A DNA stretch of 50,824 nucleotides from Chloroflexota bacterium. GTDB lineage: Bacteria > Chloroflexota > UBA6077 > JACCZL01. A program made the translations under genes and the position numbers. The number at the start of each line of letters is the position of its first letter. Within the stretch, counting starts at the first letter, position 1. Shown piece by piece: positions 46,075 through 50,824 of this stretch. The notes under the pieces were generated by a model. The model was not told where the DNA came from and made no database searches. It saw only the letters and a program-made list of their open reading frames with translations. Location: assembly GCA_035637315.1 (NCBI GenBank), contig DASPXK010000294.1, forward strand, positions 1-50,824, read 5' to 3'.

Positions 46075-46272
46075 CTGGCGGCACTGGAACATAGCACCGA
46101 GGAGCGGAGCCAACGGCGCTGCGGACGAGTCCCTCCCACGTTGGTCGGGGCGAGAACCATCGAGGGCCCAGAAATGTGCAGATCCGTCTTGGAGGGCACC
46201 CTGCTCGGGAGTCCGGCTCACCCCCGTTCCCGCTCTCGGCGAGCAGCGCACGACGCCGGCCCGCCTGTCCTG

Positions 46273-47259
46273 CTATGACGCGAGCCGGAACCGCGGATCG
46301 AGCGTGTCGCGGAGCCAGTCGCCGAGCAGGTTGATGCTGAGGACGACCACGGTGATGGTGACGCCGGGGATGGTGGAGACCCACCAGGCGTTGCGGAGGT
46401 AGAGCTTGCCGTCGGCCAGCATGCCGCCCCAGGTCGGCGTAGGCGGCTGGATGCCGACGCCCAGAAAGCTCAGCGTCGCCTCGGCGATGATGACGGTCGC
46501 AACTTCCAGAGTGGCCAGCACGATGACCGGCGTCATGACGTTCGGCAGGACGTGGCGAAAGATGATCCGCGGGTCGCGCGCGCCGATCGCGTGGGCGGCG
46601 GCGATGAACTCCGTCTCTTTGACCGACAGCACGCGCCCGCGCACCACCCGCGCGTAGACGACCCACCCGGTCACGCCCAGGACCAGGACGACGTTGAAGG
46701 CGCTCGGCCCGAGGATGCCCACCAGAGCCAGGGCCAGCAGGATGGCCGGGAATGACAACTGGATATCGGCCACGCGCATGATCCCGTCACCCACACGCCC
46801 AGCGTAGAAGCCGGCCACCAACCCGGCCAGGACACCGATCAGAGCCGAGATTGCGACGGCTGTCAGCCCGACAGCCACGGAGATGCGAGCGCCGTAGATC
46901 AGGCGGCTCAGGATATCGCGGCCCTGCAGATCGGTACCGAGCAGATTGCGCTCATTGCCCGCCCAGAAGCCCGGCTTCAGGCTCTGGCCCGTTTCCTGGA
47001 GCGTGGGCTCGTATGGTGCGATGAGCGGCGCGGCGGCGGCCGCGGCGGCCACCACGATGAGGACGACCAGTCCGATCATCGCCGCCCGATTTCGCCGCAA
47101 CAGCTCGACCGCCCGCGACCGAAGGACCGAGGACTGAGGACTGAGGACTAAGTAGGGACGCGCCGGATCGAGGCCTGAGGGCTGGGCCGCGGGGACCCGG
47201 CTCGCGCGTCGGTCCCCCTGGTCAAACGGTGCCGGCCGCGACTGCGTCCCTTCTACCAC
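46273..47259 (-). CDS. Peptide/nickel ABC transporter permease (DppC/OppC type)
   Basis: Conserved core LGTDLQGRDILSRLIYGARISV and EFIAAAHAIGA. The maximal ORF starts at GTG 47259, but its first roughly 53 codons cover hairpin J. TTG 47100 or ATG 47079 are alternative starts. Confidence 0.75.
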   Translation of the reverse strand: MVEGTQSRPAPFDQGDRRASRVPAAQPSGLDPARPYLVLSPQSSVLRSRAVELLRRNRAAMIGLVVLIVVAAAAAAAPLIAPYEPTLQETGQSLKPGFWAGNERNLLGTDLQGRDILSRLIYGARISVAVGLTAVAISALIGVLAGLVAGFYAGRVGDGIMRVADIQLSFPAILLALALVGILGPSAFNVVLVLGVTGWVVYARVVRGRVLSVKETEFIAAAHAIGARDPRIIFRHVLPNVMTPVIVLATLEVATVIIAEATLSFLGVGIQPPTPTWGGMLADGKLYLRNAWWVSTIPGVTITVVVLSINLLGDWLRDTLDPRFRLAS

Positions 47260-47285
47260 CCCTCAGTCCTCAGTCCTCAGTCCTG
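47121..47285. repeat. Stop-bearing heptamer hairpin J: (GAGGACT)3 at 47121-47152 and (AGTCCTC)3 at 47261-47285, flanking a roughly 108-nt GC-rich structured core
   Basis: Read directly. The stem extends through GTAGGGACGC / GCGTCCCTTCTAC. There is an inner hairpin GGGGACC-N12-GGTCCCC. The right arm gives three minus-strand TGAs immediately after the dppB-type TAA stop (47286-47288). Confidence 0.8.
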
Positions 47286-48203
47286 TTATTGCCGCCTGAT
47301 CCGTGGGTCGAGGAAGGCGTAGAGGACGTCGACCAGCAGGTTCATGGCTACGAAGACGGTCGCGAAGAAGAGCGTGGCACCCTGGATCAGGGGCAGGTCG
47401 CGGTCGTAGATCGCGCGAACGGTCAACAGCCCCAGGCCAGGCCAGGCGAAGACGCTCTCGGTCACCAGCGCGCCGCCCAGGAGGGTCGCGAACTGGAGGC
47501 CGGCCACCGTGATAATGGGAATCCAAGCGTTTCGAAGGCCGTGCGCGTAGACCACCACGCGTTCGGCCAAACCCTTGGCTCGCGCCGTTCGCAAGTAGTC
47601 CTGGCCCATCTCGTCGAGCAGCGACGAACGGGTCAGCCGAGTGAGTGTCGCCATCGCGGCCGTCCCCAGCGTGACGCTCGGCAGCGCGAGCTGCCTCCAA
47701 TCGCCCCGCCCGGACGGAGGCACCCAGCCGAGCTGGACGGCGAAGATCAGGATCAGCAGCAGCCCGAGCCAGAACACGGGCATCGAACGGCCGCTGAGCG
47801 CCAGGACCGTGGCCAGGTTGTCCCAGACCGAGTACGGCCGAATCGCCGAGAACACGCCGACGGGGATCGCCACCGCCAGCGCGAACAGCATCGCCAGCAC
47901 GGCCAGCTCCGTCGTCGCGCGCAGCCGCTCGCCGATCAATTTGTCGACCGGCTGGCTGTGTTTCATGGAGGTCCCAAGATCGCCGCGGACGACTCGAGCA
48001 ATGAAGCGCCCGTACTGCATTGGCAGCGGATCGTCCAGCCCCCAGTACGCGCGGGTCTGGCTGATCTGTTCCGGCGAAGCGTCGAACGGGAGCATCAGCT
48101 TGATCGGATCGCCGCTCAGATGGACAAGCATGAAGGCCACCAGCGAAACGCCGAGCATGACGAAGACGCTCTGGACCAACCGGCGCAGGATGAAGGTGGT
48201 CAC
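47286..48203 (-). CDS. Peptide/nickel ABC transporter permease (DppB/OppB type)
   Basis: 305 aa. MTTFILRRLVQSVFVMLGVSLVAFML... and DYLRTARAKGL. GTG start overlaps the cyclase stop (GTGA). Confidence 0.85.
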   Translation of the reverse strand: MTTFILRRLVQSVFVMLGVSLVAFMLVHLSGDPIKLMLPFDASPEQISQTRAYWGLDDPLPMQYGRFIARVVRGDLGTSMKHSQPVDKLIGERLRATTELAVLAMLFALAVAIPVGVFSAIRPYSVWDNLATVLALSGRSMPVFWLGLLLILIFAVQLGWVPPSGRGDWRQLALPSVTLGTAAMATLTRLTRSSLLDEMGQDYLRTARAKGLAERVVVYAHGLRNAWIPIITVAGLQFATLLGGALVTESVFAWPGLGLLTVRAIYDRDLPLIQGATLFFATVFVAMNLLVDVLYAFLDPRIRRQ

Positions 48204-50290
48204 TGCCGACCGTCTACTATTTCATAGACCCGAACCGGCCTGGCGCTTCCCTCGACCGTCACTTCCCCGTGCTCTCGGGACTGAGCGACCTCCCTGACCT
48301 GGACCATCGTTCGTTCGGTGACCAGGATCTGGCCCGGGCCGGCCATGTCGGCCAGGCGGGAGGCCAGATTGACGTTGTTACCGATGACCGTGTATTCGAG
48401 GCGCGCCGCGGACCCGATGTTGCCGACCGTGACGTAGCCCGTGCTGATCCCGATCCCGATGTTCAGCGTCTCCTTCTCCTCCATGAACCACTGCTTCTGA
48501 AGCTCAGGCAGCTTCGCCAGCATCTCCGCGGCCATTCTTACCGCCCGTTCGGCGTGATCGTTGTAGGGCACCGGGTCGCCAAAGAAGACCATCATCCCAT
48601 CGCCCAGGTACTTATCCAGGGTGCCGCCATGTTTGAAGACGACGTCCGTCATGGCCGCGAAGTACTCGTTCAAGAGGTCGATCAGCTCCTCTGGCTCCAT
48701 TCGCTCGGATAGCCCCGTGAAGCCGCGGATGTCCGCGAAGCAGACGGTCAGGTTCTTGCGCGTCGTGGCCAGCTTCACGTCGCTCTGGCCTGCGATGATC
48801 GAGTCGGCGACCTGAGGCGAGAGGTAGCGCTTGAGCACGCGTGCTTGTTCGATCTCCTGAAGCTGTTCTTCCACCTTTTGTTCAAGGTTCTCGTTCAGGC
48901 CCCGCAGCTCGGTGTAGAGCCGGTCCAGCTCCCCGCTCATCCGGTTGACCCGCCCCGCCAGCTCGCCCAGTTCATCCCGGTTTTCAACCTGCACGCGCGA
49001 GGCGAAGTCGCCCGCCCCAATGTGCTCCAGGCCGTCGCTAATCGCGTTGACCGGCCGCACCACGATCTGCGAGAAGACGTAGCCCAGCGGGAAGGCCAGA
49101 CCCGTAGCTACGAGCACCAGCAGCATCGTGGCGAACTGCTCGGTGTGGCTGCCGCGATCGGTCTCGGTCGCCCACTCCACCAGGTCGGCGTTCAAGTTGC
49201 TGGTCAGCTCCCACAGCGGGGCATCGACCGCTCTCAACAGCGGATCAAGCGAGGGCAGCAGCGCCTGGGCCTCCGCGGCGCTGCCGGCTCGGTACAGGTC
49301 GACTACGCGGCTGGCGGTCCTGTTGAAGTCGGCGAAGCGACTGTCCGCTTCCCGCACCTCAGGCAAGCGCTTTTCGGCTTCTCGCCGCAGCGAGACGCCG
49401 ATCGCCCCAACCGACTCGGCCGGGTGGGCCGGCGGCGGGATCGTCTTCAGGTGAGTAAGGTCAGCGCTGATCTTCTGTCCCAGCCCAGAAACCACCTCCA
49501 AGGCGGCTTCGTCGGGGCCGGAAGCCAGGCGAGCGAGTGCGTCGCTCTGAGCTCGCAGATTTGTCTGGATAGCCAGGGCGTGGTCGAGCAAGTGCTGCAT
49601 TGCGCGGCCGGCGTGAACCTGGAAGTGCATCTGCTCGGTCGCGGCCCAGCCCAGCCAGCCAACCGCGAAGATCATTGCGGTCAGGATCAAGAAGCCGGCC
49701 AGGAGCTTGGTTTGAAATCCACTCCGGAGAGTCGCCATACGCGCCGCGACCCGGTCCGCGAGATTGGCTTGCCGAGCGAGCCCGTAATACGCCCAGCCCT
49801 GGATCGCGGACAGCAGCACGCCAAGCGGGATCCAAAGCGGCAACGTCCAGGGGATGCGCGCGGCCAGGACGCCGCCCGCGGCTACCCTGGTATGCGGCCA
49901 TGGCACCGGCAGCGACCCAGGCAGGTCGTAAAAGAGGACGGTCGGGGGAACGAAGAAGGGGCTGTCGAGCAGTACTGGCACGAGGGTGTACTGGAAGGGG
50001 AAGGGCGGGTTGCCGTAAGCGCCCGACAGGATCTCGATGGCCAACACGGCAAGCAGCGTGACCGCCGCGGCCGCCAGACCAGCGACCCCGCCGCTGACAG
50101 CGGCCTGGCGTGAGGTAGCGACCGAGCTTGCCCCACGGCGTACGGCGTACACGCCCGCTAGGAAGAGCGGAACGTATGCTACCGGCCACACGACCCGAAG
50201 CTGGGCCCAGAAGAACTCGATAACCAGCATCAGCGCCGCGGACAGCGCGCCCGTGATCAGCCCTGCCTTGAGCGATCGTCTGATCAACAT
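48200..50290 (-). CDS. Membrane-bound class III adenylate/guanylate cyclase with extracytoplasmic helical sensor and HAMP domain
   Basis: 696 aa. Multi-TM N-terminus, then TM, a roughly 170-aa helical domain, TM, HAMP (VRPVNAISDGLEHIGAGDFASRV) and a coiled coil. Cyclase motifs VCFADIRGFTGLSE, GDGMMVFFGDP, GNNVNLASRL. Confidence 0.85.
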   Translation of the reverse strand: MLIRRSLKAGLITGALSAALMLVIEFFWAQLRVVWPVAYVPLFLAGVYAVRRGASSVATSRQAAVSGGVAGLAAAAVTLLAVLAIEILSGAYGNPPFPFQYTLVPVLLDSPFFVPPTVLFYDLPGSLPVPWPHTRVAAGGVLAARIPWTLPLWIPLGVLLSAIQGWAYYGLARQANLADRVAARMATLRSGFQTKLLAGFLILTAMIFAVGWLGWAATEQMHFQVHAGRAMQHLLDHALAIQTNLRAQSDALARLASGPDEAALEVVSGLGQKISADLTHLKTIPPPAHPAESVGAIGVSLRREAEKRLPEVREADSRFADFNRTASRVVDLYRAGSAAEAQALLPSLDPLLRAVDAPLWELTSNLNADLVEWATETDRGSHTEQFATMLLVLVATGLAFPLGYVFSQIVVRPVNAISDGLEHIGAGDFASRVQVENRDELGELAGRVNRMSGELDRLYTELRGLNENLEQKVEEQLQEIEQARVLKRYLSPQVADSIIAGQSDVKLATTRKNLTVCFADIRGFTGLSERMEPEELIDLLNEYFAAMTDVVFKHGGTLDKYLGDGMMVFFGDPVPYNDHAERAVRMAAEMLAKLPELQKQWFMEEKETLNIGIGISTGYVTVGNIGSAARLEYTVIGNNVNLASRLADMAGPGQILVTERTMVQVREVAQSREHGEVTVEGSARPVRVYEIVDGRQ

Positions 50291-50314
50291 CGCCCTCCTC
50301 CCTCATAGCCTCCG

Positions 50315-50527
50315 TCAGGTGCGCTGCCGCTCGTCCTGTTCAGGCACGAGCGACTCGGCGATGATCGCCAGCGCCAGTCGGTGCACGAGGGCCGTCAGGC
50401 GCGGGTCCACGTCGCTCCGGACGTATGGGTTTGCCCCGAGCTCGCGAAGCCGCTCTCGCTGCTCCAGGAGCCCGTGACGCTCCGCCAGGGCGTCCAGGGC
50501 TGGCAGGAGCCGGTCGGTTGCCTCCAT
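50315..50527 (-). CDS. Small helical hypothetical protein (70 aa)
   Basis: ATG 50527 has GAGGAG 7 nt upstream. MEATDRLLPALDALAERHGLLEQRERLRELGANPYV.... Lies between the binding-protein gene and the cyclase. Confidence 0.5.
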   Translation of the reverse strand: MEATDRLLPALDALAERHGLLEQRERLRELGANPYVRSDVDPRLTALVHRLALAIIAESLVPEQDERQRT

Positions 50528-50668
50528 GAACTGCTCCTCGACGCCGCCCGGGTCCACGCTCGCACCTCCGGCTCCTGGCCGCCCGACTGGTTGCTGAGGT
50601 GTCGTCAGTCCGGCCAGAGTCTAGGGCACAGCGGCCCGGTGCTGGCCAGGCAGCATCGTCCTGATCGC

Positions 50669-50699
50669 AGGCCCCTGGCCCCTGACCCTGACCCCTGAC
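50669..50699. repeat. Heptamer tract K (CCCCTGG CCCCTGA CCCTGAC CCCTGAC), same unit as tract D
   Basis: Read directly. Three plus-strand TGAs lie just 3' of the binding-protein stop at 50702-50704. Confidence 0.65.
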
Positions 50700-50701
50700 G
50701 C

Positions 50702-50824
50702 CTATTTCGTGACTTGCGACTTCTCCAAGTGCATGAACTCGTCGGGGGTCGGCTCGAACTGCAGCCGGTTGCGGAAGCCGTAGATGTCCATCTGCTCGTA
50801 CAGGTAGGCCCAGTGCGCCTTGTC
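50702..50824 (-). CDS. C-terminal fragment of a family-5 (peptide/nickel) ABC substrate-binding protein; partial at the window edge
   Basis: Open frame from the window end: DKAHWAYLYEQMDIYGFRNRLQFEPTPDEFMHLEKSQVTK*. Position upstream of the dppB/C-type permeases supports the call; only 40 aa are visible. Confidence 0.5.
   Translation of the reverse strand, partial: DKAHWAYLYEQMDIYGFRNRLQFEPTPDEFMHLEKSQVTK

Noticed and set aside
48845-50113. 422-aa ORF on the plus strand
   Set aside because: Antisense to the adenylate cyclase gene. No recognisable domain, and very Arg/Gly/Gln-rich.

Overview
High-GC (roughly 65-70% by eye) bacterial chromosomal segment with about 45 protein-coding genes. I found no rRNA, tRNA, CRISPR array or obvious transposase. 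Gene content would fit Actinomycetota or Chloroflexota (Thermomicrobia-like), but I cannot decide from sequence alone.

Main blocks, left to right:
- purine nucleoside phosphorylase and an XerC/D recombinase
- an OmpR-type response regulator with a large multi-TM GAF-GAF histidine kinase
- an orphan TPP-dependent E1-alpha gene followed by a ferritin-like diiron protein, divergent from an Lrp/AsnC regulator
- a complete GlgE-type alpha-glucan cluster (Mak, TreS, GlgE, two GH57 enzymes), preceded by a frameshifted NUDIX gene
- aconitase A
- a sucrose-phosphorylase-family gene
- a BNR/sialidase-like, MFS and VOC operon
- a membrane Fe-S (HdrD/Rv0338c-like) reductase divergent from a nitroreductase
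- MerR, a cytoplasmic vWA protein, and an FTR1 iron permease with a duplicated N-terminal domain
- HMG-CoA lyase
- a RelE/ParE toxin-antitoxin pair
- a secreted SH3b protein
- livHMGF
- a HicAB pair beside a decayed TIR-like (CAP12/PCTIR-type) gene in a lower-GC islet
- a peptide ABC operon with a HAMP adenylate cyclase inserted between the binding-protein gene and the permease genes

The most unusual signal is not a gene. About ten gene junctions carry tracts of tandem 7-nt (or 14-nt) units, and each unit contains a stop trinucleotide. Most tracts are paired as inverted repeats, so they would form long hairpins and place stops in all three frames of both strands.

Several accessory genes are broken by single-nucleotide frame disruptions. 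All family assignments rest on motif recognition in the supplied translations; no database search was possible.
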